DNA of 64,000 bases from an uncultured delta proteobacterium (GTDB lineage: Bacteria; Myxococcota_A; Polyangia; Polyangiales; Polyangiaceae). The notes under the pieces are model-generated. The model saw nothing but the letters and a program-made list of their open reading frames with translations, was not told the origin of the DNA and made no database searches. Location: the NCBI GenBank assembly GCA_963850305.1, contig CAWKKR010000002.1:96001-160000 (forward strand), read 5' to 3'. Positions 1 through 9,511 of this stretch are shown here, piece by piece (position 1 is the first letter of the stretch; each line of letters opens with the position of its first letter). The position numbers and the translations under genes are program-made.

Positions 1-1568
1 TGCCCCTCGTGCTGTCGGCGCCCGGCCTCGTCGCCCCACGGCGGGTCCGTGAAGTCGTGCAAACGATCGATCTTTTGCCCACGGTGCTCGCCGCTCTCGC
101 GATCCCTCGGAGCCCGAGGATCCGCGGTAGAAATCTCGGGTCGTTGCTCGGCGGCAGTAAGGAGCAGCCAGGGTTTGCCTTTGCGGAAACGGACGACGAC
201 GAAGTTCTCGCCGAGGGGTCCTACCGGCTCCTGTGCGAGCGAAAGCTCGGCGCATGTCGTCTCTATGACCTCGATCACGATGCAGCGGAGCGGACCGATC
301 GGTCGTCCATGGAGCCCGAACGGTTCCGCCGGATGCGGACGGAGCTCGGTGCGCTCGCGGCGTCCCAGGGGCGCTTCGAGCGCGAAGGTCTGCGCGCCGA
401 GACGGGGAAGGGATGGCCCGCTCCCATTCTGCGAGCGATCGCAGGGGACGCCGACGTGGCCCTCGATCTCTCGAGCCTGCTGGACGACTCCGATCGCGAC
501 ATCCGCAGGAAGGCGGCCGAGCTACTGCTGAAGCTCGATCGCCCGGAGACGATCCCTGCGCTCCGACTCGCGCTCGGCCGCGACGAAGACGCCACGGTTC
601 GACGCTTCTCGGCGCTGGCGCTGACGCGTCTTGGCGAAGACACGCCGCTCACGCTCGACATCTTGAACGACCCGGAGCTAATCTGGCGTCGCCGGGCCGC
701 CCTGGCGCTCGCGGAGTCGGGCGACGGGAGGGGACAGGGCGTTCTGGTCGACTGGTGGCAACAGGCGGCCGGCGAGGACCACGAGCTCGCGCTTGAGCTC
801 CTCGCCGCGTTCGCGAAGATCCGCGCGAAGGACGCGGTGTGGTCGCTCACCCGATGCCTCGGAGACGTTCGCCTTCGCCCGGCCATCGCGCAGACTCTGG
901 CCAAGATCGGCGACACGACGGCCCGGGGGCCCTTGGTGGCTGCATTCACCAGCGAGCGTTACGAAACGGCGCGCGTCGCGATCGCCGAAGCGCTGGTCGC
1001 CCTCGGTGCCAAGGACGAGCTGGCCAGGCCGCTCGTTCGCTTCCTCGGGGTGCCCGATCCGCTGCCGGGAGGCATTGGCTATGCACTCCGCGCAGGCGTG
1101 CTCGAGTCGGTCGGTGGACCAGATAAGAAGACCCTCGCCGCCATCACGGCCCAGGGCATGATCGGCGTTCGTGTGCGCGTCGTGGTACCGAAGGGCGGAA
1201 ACGGACAGGGCGTTCGCGTGGTGGTCCGGGCGCGTGCCGTCGGAGCACCCGGCCAGGTACGACTCGGGAAGTCCCTGGAGCCTCTGCAGTATGACATCAG
1301 AGGGTATGTCATAAATACCCGGCAAATAAGGACAATTCATGATCACGCGTTCGCATCGGTTACAATTCCAGGGGGTGGGGCGGATACCGAAGTGGCCGCG
1401 ACCCTGCCAGGAACGCTCGGAGTGCACCCGGGGCAATCAGTGGAGTTGATCTTGTTCGCCGAGCCCAACGTGCATGTCGAGGGGTTGGCAGTGGTGCCCT
1501 TGGCCGATGAGCTGCCACCACCGCCCCCGGAACCCTGGACGCCGGGCGAGGGCGACGATAGCCGCTAG
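1..1568 (+). CDS. Sulfatase-like hydrolase C-terminal part fused to HEAT repeats (5'-partial)
   Basis: Sulfatase C-terminal motifs (VQTIDLLPT, GRNL, LYDLDHD) followed by HEAT-like helical repeats (DRDIRRKAAELL, DVRLRPAIAQTLAKIGD); frame open from the window edge. Confidence 0.7.
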   Translation, partial: PLVLSAPGLVAPRRVREVVQTIDLLPTVLAALAIPRSPRIRGRNLGSLLGGSKEQPGFAFAETDDDEVLAEGSYRLLCERKLGACRLYDLDHDAAERTDRSSMEPERFRRMRTELGALAASQGRFEREGLRAETGKGWPAPILRAIAGDADVALDLSSLLDDSDRDIRRKAAELLLKLDRPETIPALRLALGRDEDATVRRFSALALTRLGEDTPLTLDILNDPELIWRRRAALALAESGDGRGQGVLVDWWQQAAGEDHELALELLAAFAKIRAKDAVWSLTRCLGDVRLRPAIAQTLAKIGDTTARGPLVAAFTSERYETARVAIAEALVALGAKDELARPLVRFLGVPDPLPGGIGYALRAGVLESVGGPDKKTLAAITAQGMIGVRVRVVVPKGGNGQGVRVVVRARAVGAPGQVRLGKSLEPLQYDIRGYVINTRQIRTIHDHAFASVTIPGGGADTEVAATLPGTLGVHPGQSVELILFAEPNVHVEGLAVVPLADELPPPPPEPWTPGEGDDSR

Positions 1569-1598
1569 ACTCCGGTCAGGATGGTATAGAGGGCGCCC

Positions 1599-2663
1599 GT
1601 GCCGGACAACGACACTAAGGATGAAACCCGCAGCCCCGAGGACGCGCGCCCTCCGGCGCAAGAAGCAGCGGCCGTACCCGAGAACCGTCGTGCCCGTCGA
1701 GCCGCGGCGGCAACATCGAAGAAGCAGGGCGGGCGTCGCCGCCCGCCTCCGCGACCGCCGCAGCACGACGGCCTCGGCATCGGTGCTGGAGAGATGGTGG
1801 ATGATGCCCTGTCGCGCGCCGCGGATGGGTCGGCGCGGTGGGTCAAAGACCATTTCAACATCGTGCAGTGGCTGGTCGTTCTCGCGATCGGCGGGTGGAT
1901 CGGGTGGGAAATTTACTCCTGGCGTGCAGACAAGATCGCCGTGAAGGTATCGGATGACCTTTCCGCCGCCGTGGCTGCCCAGATGGGTCGACTCGGTTCG
2001 CCCGACGATGAAGGAAAAGTCGATGCGAATGGCATCATAGAGGCGCGCCGAATTTTTGCGACGAACGCAGACCGGCTGCAAGCGGCGGGAGACGCTTATC
2101 GGCAGGTCTCGACCGAATACCCGCGAACCGTCGCTGGTGATCTGGCGAGGATGGGGCTCGCGGGTGTCCTCTATGATCAGGGCAAGTTCGACGACGCGAA
2201 GAAGCTGTTCGACGAGGTTGCGAATGGCGCGCTCGCCAAGAAAAATCCCGAAGCAAGAGGGCGAAGCCTCGAAGGAAGTGGGCTTTGCCTCGAGCAAAAA
2301 GGCGATCGCGACGGGGCGCTGAAGAAGTACGGGGAGCTGGAGAACGCCGAGATCCCGGGGTTTGGTGAACTCGCCCTGTATGATCAGGCTCGGTTGCTCC
2401 ACGAGAAAGGGGACGACGCCGGCGCGAAAGAACGCCTGAAGAAAGTCGTCGAAAGACTGGGCAAGGAAAGTAACGGACCGGAGGGGCTCCAAGGACAACC
2501 GTCCTACCTGGCGGAGGCCGCGCGAACGTTGCTTTTGCGGATCGATCCATCGGCCGTTCCGTCGGAGTCATCGGAGGACGCGCTTCGTCGAGCGCTGGAG
2601 GAATTCCAAAAGAAGCTGCCCCCGGGCGTGAAAAGCATGCCCGCCACGCCCGCGGCGCCATGA
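1599..2663 (+). CDS. Membrane-anchored TPR protein, YfgM-like
   Basis: Single TM helix (IVQWLVVLAIGGWIGW) then TPR-like repeats (ARMGLAGVLYDQGKFDDAKKLF); ATGA overlap with a BamB-like gene, as in yfgM-bamB synteny. Confidence 0.7.
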   Translation: MPDNDTKDETRSPEDARPPAQEAAAVPENRRARRAAAATSKKQGGRRRPPPRPPQHDGLGIGAGEMVDDALSRAADGSARWVKDHFNIVQWLVVLAIGGWIGWEIYSWRADKIAVKVSDDLSAAVAAQMGRLGSPDDEGKVDANGIIEARRIFATNADRLQAAGDAYRQVSTEYPRTVAGDLARMGLAGVLYDQGKFDDAKKLFDEVANGALAKKNPEARGRSLEGSGLCLEQKGDRDGALKKYGELENAEIPGFGELALYDQARLLHEKGDDAGAKERLKKVVERLGKESNGPEGLQGQPSYLAEAARTLLLRIDPSAVPSESSEDALRRALEEFQKKLPPGVKSMPATPAAP

Positions 2664-3913
2664 AGGACAGGTGGAGAGCGTGGTGCGCGCCGATAGGCGC
2701 CGTGCTGCTCGGAGCACTCGCGGCATGCGGTTCATTGCGCGCGTCCGCCAATCCGGAGCTCCCGACGTGGATACATCGTCCGAGCTGGTCCATCACGATG
2801 GCGTATTCCGAGCGTCTGAACGCCGCGTCGCGCGAGGAGACCGAGGCTTACGAACGCGGCCGGCCCGATCTCGACGTCGCGCACCGTCGGGTATTCGTGG
2901 GCTCGAGCGACCACGGTCTTTACGCCGTCCGGGCCGACGACGGCTCCGTCATCTGGCGCTTCGAGACGATGGGCGTCGTGCAGTGTGAGACGCTCTACGA
3001 TCCCGGCGAGGACGTTGTGTACTTCGGCTCGAACGATGGCGCGCTCTACAAGGTGCGCGCGGCCGATGGCAGTCTCCTGTGGCGCTTCTCGACGAACGCC
3101 GAGGTTGCTCGACGTCCCGTCATCGTTGGCGCGACCGTCTACGTCGTGAACGCGAACGATACCGTCATCGCTTTGAATCGAGAGACGGGCGCGCTTCGAT
3201 GGAGCCAGCATCGAGCACCGGCGCTCGGGATGGAGGTGGCGGGGTATGCGGGCCCGCTGGTGTGGAGGGGGCTCGTCTATGCTGGTTTCAGCGACGGTAA
3301 CGTGACGGCATACGACGCCGAGACCGGCGCTGAACGCTGGCAGCCGATCGACCTCTCGGCGGAAGCCGAAGAGGCCCTCGGTGACGTGCCGAAGTACCTC
3401 GATGTGGACACGACGCCCATCGCCGACGTCATCGACGAGAGTCCTGTCGTGTTCGTGGGTAGCTATGACGGCGGGGTGTACGCCCTCGATGCCGATAGCG
3501 GGAGCAAGGTCTGGGGCCGGTCGGAGGTCACTGGCGTGAGCGATCTGGTTCTCTGGCGCGAAGCCGCCCATGCGCCGCGTGATGGGGGCCCGCTCGTGCC
3601 CGCCCGCAATCTCCTGCTCGCATCCGCCGGCACCACCGGCCTGTGGGCTCTCGATCCGCGAACCGGCGAGGACGTCTGGCACCGGCCGCTCCCGGATGGT
3701 GGCGTATCTGCCCCGGTCCCGATCGCGGGCGCGTTGCTGGTCACCACGACGCTCCATGGTCTTTTTCTGGTGTCGCCGCTCGATGGCAGCGTCATCGATG
3801 GCATTCACACAGGTGCTGGTTTCTCGATGGCACCGGCAGCTTACGGTCTTCGCGCGTTCGTCCTGAGCAACACGGGCAACCTGATGTCCTTGCACATCAC
3901 GCCGCCGGCCTGA
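2660..3913 (+). CDS. PQQ-like beta-propeller lipoprotein, BamB-like
   Basis: Lipobox LAAC; repeated VFVGSxDxxLYAxxAxDGxxxW propeller blades. Confidence 0.8.
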   Translation: MKDRWRAWCAPIGAVLLGALAACGSLRASANPELPTWIHRPSWSITMAYSERLNAASREETEAYERGRPDLDVAHRRVFVGSSDHGLYAVRADDGSVIWRFETMGVVQCETLYDPGEDVVYFGSNDGALYKVRAADGSLLWRFSTNAEVARRPVIVGATVYVVNANDTVIALNRETGALRWSQHRAPALGMEVAGYAGPLVWRGLVYAGFSDGNVTAYDAETGAERWQPIDLSAEAEEALGDVPKYLDVDTTPIADVIDESPVVFVGSYDGGVYALDADSGSKVWGRSEVTGVSDLVLWREAAHAPRDGGPLVPARNLLLASAGTTGLWALDPRTGEDVWHRPLPDGGVSAPVPIAGALLVTTTLHGLFLVSPLDGSVIDGIHTGAGFSMAPAAYGLRAFVLSNTGNLMSLHITPPA

Positions 3914-3988
3914 CTCGCTCGGCCCGGCTGGATTCGTGACGAAGTTCGACCACGATCCCGACGGGCACATTTGTTCGCATAAGATGTA

Positions 3989-4717
3989 TTATGTTAACTG
4001 AGCGATGATGTTCCTCGCTGCGACCTTCCGGTCCGGCGCGTTCCGGATCGGTCGACCGACGACAATGTAATCCGCGCCGAGCCGGATCGCCTCCGCGGGC
4101 GTGCAGGAGCGCTTGTGGTCGTCGCTGGGTGAACCCGCTGGGCGAATCCCGGGACTCACCAGAACGGCATCCGGATGCAGTCGACGCAACAGCGCGATCT
4201 CCGGACCCGAGACGATGAAGCCGTCCGCGCCGGCCGTTCTGGCATGGGCGCTCGTTCGCTCGAGGAACTCTTCGAGGCTCGGCGCGGGCCCGCCGTGGAG
4301 CCCGACGAGGTCCGAACAATCCATGCTGGATAGAAGCGGGACGAAGAGCAGCTTGGGCCCCGGTCGGTCTCCTCTGCCCTCGACGGCACTCTGGATCGTC
4401 ATCGGCGTCACGCCGTTGCTGAGCGTCAGGAACGTCACACCGATTTCGGCGGCTAGGTCGACGACTCGGCGCACCGTTTCCGGAATGTCATTCGGGAGCT
4501 TCAGGTCGACGAACAGGCGCTTGCCGTGGGCCAGCCGTCGCAGCAGCGTCTCCATGCCCCCCGTCATCAGTAATTCGAGGCCGACCTTGTAAAAGGACAC
4601 GACTCCCTCGAGCTCATTCACGAGTTCGAGGGCCGCTTCCGGCGACGGGACATCCAGCGCGACGATCAGCCGGTCGCTAGGGTTCGCCTCTCGTGGGATA
4701 CGCACGCTCATGGCCAT
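3989..4717 (-). CDS. pyrF: Orotidine-5'-phosphate decarboxylase (atypical motif spacing)
   Basis: RLIVALD, YKVGLEL, DLK...DIPETV, SPGIRP, GADYIVVGRPI motifs. Confidence 0.85.
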   Translation of the reverse strand: MAMSVRIPREANPSDRLIVALDVPSPEAALELVNELEGVVSFYKVGLELLMTGGMETLLRRLAHGKRLFVDLKLPNDIPETVRRVVDLAAEIGVTFLTLSNGVTPMTIQSAVEGRGDRPGPKLLFVPLLSSMDCSDLVGLHGGPAPSLEEFLERTSAHARTAGADGFIVSGPEIALLRRLHPDAVLVSPGIRPAGSPSDDHKRSCTPAEAIRLGADYIVVGRPIRNAPDRKVAARNIIAQLT

Positions 4718-4760
4718 TCCTCTGCCCGCGTATTTGACTCAGGACAGCGCGTCAAGCGTC

Positions 4761-5528
4761 CTAGAGCACGAATTGATCGCCGAGGGCCGTCACCGTCAGG
4801 TTCACGCCTTTGAGTCGTGCGCACTCGCGTTCGACCTCGCCCTGAAAGACGGGCTTGATGTGATAGAGGAGCGTCGGCAAATCCTGAGGTTTGCGGTACT
4901 TCTTGAGATCCTTCAGGAGCGTTCGTGGTGTGTGGTGGCCGCTCACGGTGGCAAGGCCCTGCTCGCGGTTGGGGAAGCTCACTTCCATGAGCAGCGCCCT
5001 CAGGTTGGCTTCGGCGCCGAGGGCCTTCCAGAGTCGATCGGTTGGGCCGGTGTCGCCGCTATAGCCGAGAGTGGCGTCCTTGCCGCGTACGATGAACCCG
5101 GATGAGTCGATCGTGTGCGCGACGGGAATGGCCGTAACCTCGTACCCCGCCACGTCGATCATGACTTCCGGCTTGAGCTCGACGAAGCGAATCGTCGGTC
5201 CCTCGCCGGTCTGGATGGCCGAAAAATCAGGCCAGATCTTGTTGTTGAAGAAGTGCTTCTTGAGGACCGAAATCGTTGGCTTCGTCGCGGCGACGATCAA
5301 CGGCTCGCAGGCGGCCTGGCAGCGGTTGTCGGCGATCGTTGCGAGGTCGCGGATGTGATCCAGGTGCGCGTGGCTCACCACGCATGCTGCGAGTCGAAAC
5401 TGGGCCTTCAAGTCCATACCGCTGGTCAGCGCGCCAGCGTCGATGGCCAGCCGATCATCCACGACGAACGAGCTCGTCCGATGCTTGGGCGTCTCCCCTC
5501 CGTGGCAGCCTATGACGCGAAGCTCCAT
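4761..5528 (-). CDS. Metallo-beta-lactamase-fold 3',5'-cyclic nucleotide phosphodiesterase (class II-like)
   Basis: LRVIGCHGG start, IDAG, SHAHLDH (HxHxDH), YSGDTGP, EVSFPN, GHHTP, YHIKP. Confidence 0.8.
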   Translation of the reverse strand: MELRVIGCHGGETPKHRTSSFVVDDRLAIDAGALTSGMDLKAQFRLAACVVSHAHLDHIRDLATIADNRCQAACEPLIVAATKPTISVLKKHFFNNKIWPDFSAIQTGEGPTIRFVELKPEVMIDVAGYEVTAIPVAHTIDSSGFIVRGKDATLGYSGDTGPTDRLWKALGAEANLRALLMEVSFPNREQGLATVSGHHTPRTLLKDLKKYRKPQDLPTLLYHIKPVFQGEVERECARLKGVNLTVTALGDQFVL

Positions 5529-5651
5529 CTAAAGCGAAGACCAGGATTGCGAGCCGGCGCGTCGACGCAAACCGCAGGCCGAAACCCGTGTCTTTCGCGA
5601 GGAGTGTATCGCGGCAACTCTCGACTGGTCAAAGACCCGCATCCCGCGGCG

Positions 5652-7361
5652 TCAATCCATCGGGAAGTCGTCCATGCCGCCCATGCCGCCCATGCCACCC
5701 ATGCCGCCCATCCCGCCCATGCCACCCATGCCGCCCATCCCGCCCATGCCGCCCATCCCGGGAGCTCCGCCGCCGGCGGCCGCCTTCTCCGGATGCTCCG
5801 ACACGATTGCCTCCGTGGTGAGTAGTAAGCCCGCGACGCTCGCCGCGTTCTCCAGAGCTGTCCTTACGACCTTCACGGGATCGATGATGCCTGCGTCCAC
5901 CAGATCACAATAGGCGTCCGCGCGTGCGTCGTAGCCGTAGGCCCCCTTGCCTGCGCGAACCTGCTCCACGACGACCCGGGGTTCCGCTCCCCCGTTTGCA
6001 GCGATGTGGTGCAGCGGCGCTTCGCAGGCGCGCATCAGCAGGTGGGCTCCCACGAGCTCGTCGTGATTCAATCCGCTCAGGGATTCGACCGCTTTTGACG
6101 CGCGCAGCAGCGCGACACCTCCGCCCGCGACGTACCCCTCCTCGACCGCGGCGCGAGTCGCCGCCAGTGCGTCCTCGAACCGCATCTTGCGCTCCTTCAT
6201 TTCCGGCTCCGTGTGCGCACCCACGCGGATGACCGCCACGCCGCCGCTGAGCTTCGCCAGCCGCTCCTCGAGTTTTTCGCGATCGTAATCGCTCGTCGTG
6301 TCGTCGATCTGTCGGCGGATGAGCTGAATCCTGCCCTTGATAGCGTCCTTCTTGCCCGCGCCATCGACGACAGTGGTGTGATCCTTCGTCATCGAGACCC
6401 GGCCCGCCCGCCCGAGATCCGCGAGCACTGCGGACTCCAGATTGCGTCCGAGTTCCTCCGTGAAGACCGTCGCGCCCGTCAGGACGGCGATGTCCTTGAG
6501 CATCTCTTTCCGGCGATCGCCGAACGCGGGGGCCTTGGCTGCGGCGACTTTGAGGACCCCGCGCAATTTGTTGACGACCAGCGTAGCCAATGCCTCGCCC
6601 TCGATCTCTTCGGCGATGACGAGAAGCGAAGCCCCTGCCTTGCTCACGGCTTCCAGCACCGGAACCAGGTCGTGGAGGGCCGTAATCTTCTTCTCGGTGA
6701 GGAGGATGTAGGGGCTCTCGAGCTCGGTGGTGAGATCCTTCTGATCCGTCACGAAGTAGGGCGAAGCGTAGCCCCGGTCGAACTGCATTCCCTCGACCAC
6801 TTCGACCTCGGTCGTCGTTCCCTTTGCTTCCTCAATGGTGATCACACCGTCGCGAGTGACCTTTTCCATCGCCTCGGAGAGCATTTTGCCGATCGACTCG
6901 TCGCCGTTCGCGCTGATAGTCGCGATTCGTTCGATGTCTCGCGCGTCTTTCGCTTTCTTGGCCTGCTTCTTCAGGGCCTCCACGACGGCGCCGGTGGCGC
7001 GATCAATCCCGCGCTTGACGTCCATGGATGACACCCCAGCCTCGACCAGGCCGAGCCCGGCCGAATAGATGGCCTGGGCCAGCACGGTTGCCGTCGTCGT
7101 CCCATCGCCCGTCTCGTCGTTCGTCCGGGAAGCGACCTCCTTGACCATCTGTGCGCCGATGTTTTCTGCTTTTCCTTCGAGCTCGATCTGTTTCGCGACC
7201 GTCACGCCATCCTTCGTGATGGTCGGTGCGCCCCACCCTTTTTCAAGCCCGACATTGCGCCCTTTTGGTCCCAGCGTCACACGCACCACGTTCGCAAGCG
7301 CGTCGACGCCTCGCTTTAGGGACTTTCGTGCATGACGCTCGTAGGAAATGTCTTTGCTCAT
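5652..7361 (-). CDS. groEL: Chaperonin GroEL (no adjacent groES)
   Basis: [40 protein letters not shown]-terminal GGM repeats. Confidence 0.98.
   Translation of the reverse strand: MSKDISYERHARKSLKRGVDALANVVRVTLGPKGRNVGLEKGWGAPTITKDGVTVAKQIELEGKAENIGAQMVKEVASRTNDETGDGTTTATVLAQAIYSAGLGLVEAGVSSMDVKRGIDRATGAVVEALKKQAKKAKDARDIERIATISANGDESIGKMLSEAMEKVTRDGVITIEEAKGTTTEVEVVEGMQFDRGYASPYFVTDQKDLTTELESPYILLTEKKITALHDLVPVLEAVSKAGASLLVIAEEIEGEALATLVVNKLRGVLKVAAAKAPAFGDRRKEMLKDIAVLTGATVFTEELGRNLESAVLADLGRAGRVSMTKDHTTVVDGAGKKDAIKGRIQLIRRQIDDTTSDYDREKLEERLAKLSGGVAVIRVGAHTEPEMKERKMRFEDALAATRAAVEEGYVAGGGVALLRASKAVESLSGLNHDELVGAHLLMRACEAPLHHIAANGGAEPRVVVEQVRAGKGAYGYDARADAYCDLVDAGIIDPVKVVRTALENAASVAGLLLTTEAIVSEHPEKAAAGGGAPGMGGMGGMGGMGGMGGMGGMGGMGGMGGMDDFPMD
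5673..5753 (-). repeat. Nine tandem 9-bp Gly-Gly-Met codon repeats in the GroEL tail
   Basis: (cat-gcc/ccc-gcc/acc) x9 on the + strand. Confidence 0.95.
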
Positions 7362-7506
7362 CGCGAGAACCTTCCCCGCAGGAAACGCGGGCTAGTGAAT
7401 GACTTCGGAGCTAGGCACGCCCCGCCGGCCGCACGATAAGACGCCCGTCGACCTGGTCAAGGCCTAGCAGCCCTCGCGTTCCTCGTTTCCCAGCGAAAGT
7501 CCGGAC

Positions 7507-7535
7507 TTGAAGGATTCCCGCTTTGCGACTACCAC
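7507..7535 (+). promoter_or_regulatory. Putative sigma70-type promoter of the tRNA pair
   Basis: TTGAAG-17 nt-TACCAC about 45 bp upstream of tRNA-Gln. Confidence 0.4.
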
Positions 7536-7579
7536 TTCCCGTCCCGGCATGCCCCCCCGGTCCGGAAGCCTTTGAATCT

Positions 7580-7650
7580 TGGGGGATCGTCTAACGGCAG
7601 GACGCAAGATTCTGGTTCTTGCTATCTAGGTTCGAATCCTAGTCCCCCAG
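7580..7650 (+). tRNA. tRNA-Gln(CTG)
   Basis: Cloverleaf: TGGGGGA/TCCCCCA acceptor stem, CAAGA-TT-CTG-GT-TCTTG anticodon arm, CTAGG-TTCGAAT-CCTAG T arm; CCA not encoded. Confidence 0.96.
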
Positions 7651-7706
7651 CAAAACGTCTCAGTCATCGTAGAAAGCCGACCACGCGCCGGTCGGATCGT
7701 TCCGTG

Positions 7707-7781
7707 GGCCCCATCGTCTAGCGGTTAGGACATCGGCCTCTCACGCCGGTAACGCGGGTTCGATTCCCGCTGGGGTCGCCA
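7707..7781 (+). tRNA. tRNA-Glu(CTC)
   Basis: GGCCCCA/TGGGGTC acceptor stem, TCGGC-CT-CTC-AC-GCCGG anticodon arm, GCGGG-TTCGATT-CCCGC T arm, encoded CCA. Confidence 0.96.
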
Positions 7782-8046
7782 AAAACGCCTTGTTTTTGGC
7801 TGAATCGTGAGAAGAAATATCGCCCCGGGCGATTCGGGGCGCTTCCTCCCCGAGGTCGGGGGGCAGCGGAGGAAGGGGAGCGCCGATGCGGCGCGCCTCC
7901 ACGCGCCCTGTGTCGATGTAGCCCTGCGTCGCCTTGAATTCGGTGTGCCCTCCCGCCCACTGGATGGCGATCGGCGAGTCGCCTCTCACGGCCATGTGCG
8001 TGAGACCGGTATCCCGTAGGTCGTGGAAGACCAGCGCGCGGCGCAG
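7741..8046 (-). pseudogene. Tyrosine recombinase/integrase C-terminal remnant
   Basis: FHDLRDTGLTHMA (HxxR), GGH, TQGY catalytic box motifs; N-terminal part absent; abuts tRNA-Glu 3' end. Confidence 0.85.
7778..7800. terminator. Hairpin immediately after tRNA-Glu
   Basis: GCCAAAAAC-gcctt-GTTTTTGGC perfect 9-bp inverted repeat. Confidence 0.35.
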
Positions 8047-8341
8047 AGCAGAGGGTCGCCCTCGATGTGAAGCGCCTTGCGGGTGACGCCCACGTGGACG
8101 AGATCGCGGCCGAGTAACTCCGGACGATCCTCCGGCGGGGGCATGTGGAGCAGGCGGCCCCCCTTCCCTTGCAGAGCGCGCCTTCGTGTAAACGGCTACG
8201 GCGTAGACTTGCCGGCGGTAGAGCGGCACGGGCTTAGCGCCTGCCTCGGCCGGTGCGCCGCGCAGCAACGCGACCAGCTCGTCACTGTAGAGGTTGGCCC
8301 TTCGCGATTGTCCCCTCCGTCGGGGCCGCGCACCTCGCGCC

Positions 8342-9163
8342 TCACTCCCATCCTAGATCGTCGATCCAGAGATCCAGGCTCCCGGATCCATGCGGCTCGA
8401 TCTCGATCACGGAAATGTCGACGGGTTGCAGCGACAAGCCGGCGTCGGCCGCGAGCTCGGACCAGGAAACGGCGTTTGCGTTCCAGGTCGTGCTGCTGGC
8501 AGGCGTGAAGTCGTACCGGAAGGCGCGCGCGTCGGAGGTGCGAATGGTCACGGTTGCTGGCGCCGAGCCCTTGCTCTGCCAGGAGAGACCGTGCCAGGGC
8601 GAAGCGTCGTAGCAACTGGCGAAGGTCAACGTCATGGCGCCGCCGCTCACGGCGTCACTCCACGCGAGGTGTCCCGCGAACCGCGACGATCCCGCGCCAG
8701 GGCTATCCACGCCAGCAGAGGTCGAAGTCCCGTCTCGGTCCGAGAAGACCAGGGTGAAGTTGACGTTGTCGCTGGTGTAGCCGTAGTAGGACCCGCCATC
8801 GCCGCCGAGGTTCTCGAAGTCGGTGATCGAAGCGTGGTTCGCGGAGCCGCGCACGCAGCCGCTCGTCCCGCCCGCACCATCCGGCGCTCCCCCATCCGCA
8901 CCCGGTGGTCCCCCGTCGCCGAAGGCGATGAGGCACGACGCTTCGAAGCCTGCACCGTCGACCGTACACGGGCAACCCTCGTCTTCGTACGCAGTCCCCT
9001 TCGAGTTGCAGCTCAACAGCGCACCATGCACGCATATTTCGTTGCCGGGTTCACATCCCGACGCGGCTTGTTCCCCGCTGCAATCCGCGCCGAACGCGAG
9101 AGCAACGGCAACCGCCGCCGCGACTCGTCGTGATGTGCGGAGGCAGCGCCGGAGAGACAGCAA
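8342..9163 (-). CDS. Secreted/lipoprotein with Cys-rich N-terminus and carbohydrate-binding-like (CBM11/CIA30-type) domain
   Basis: Hydrophobic leader then Cys, Gly-rich linker, ITDFE start and LWIDDLGW end typical of galactose-binding-like folds; TTG start inferred. Confidence 0.55.
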   Translation of the reverse strand: MLSLRRCLRTSRRVAAAVAVALAFGADCSGEQAASGCEPGNEICVHGALLSCNSKGTAYEDEGCPCTVDGAGFEASCLIAFGDGGPPGADGGAPDGAGGTSGCVRGSANHASITDFENLGGDGGSYYGYTSDNVNFTLVFSDRDGTSTSAGVDSPGAGSSRFAGHLAWSDAVSGGAMTLTFASCYDASPWHGLSWQSKGSAPATVTIRTSDARAFRYDFTPASSTTWNANAVSWSELAADAGLSLQPVDISVIEIEPHGSGSLDLWIDDLGWE

Positions 9164-9511
9164 GGGGCTCAGCCTACCTCGGGGGTCCCGCGCTCGTCTC
9201 GCCCTCTCCCACCGGTGGCCTTCCTGCGAAGGTTCCGGGCCTACCCGAGGACCGTGGTTTGCGCGGTGGCTCCGTGTGCGGCGTCGTCCGACGGCCTTGC
9301 GTGCTTCCGTCGACTGCCGCGTCCGGCTTCGTCTCAGCGTTGACAGCGGCGTCGATGCGTCCGCCCGTCTCGCACGCAGTTCCACCGGTGCCGGTCCCTC
9401 CGCGCGTTCTGTTAGAGAGCGGGGTGTTTCCGTATGCCGTCCCGGGCCGCCACGACGATGCCAAGCTCGCTCTTGCACCGGGCACGGGCTGGTAGGCTCC
9501 CCAGCACGCTC

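Noticed and set aside
7362..7579. CIRCE element or groES upstream of groEL
   Set aside because: No TTAGCACTC-N9-GAGTGCTAA match, and no room or ORF for groES
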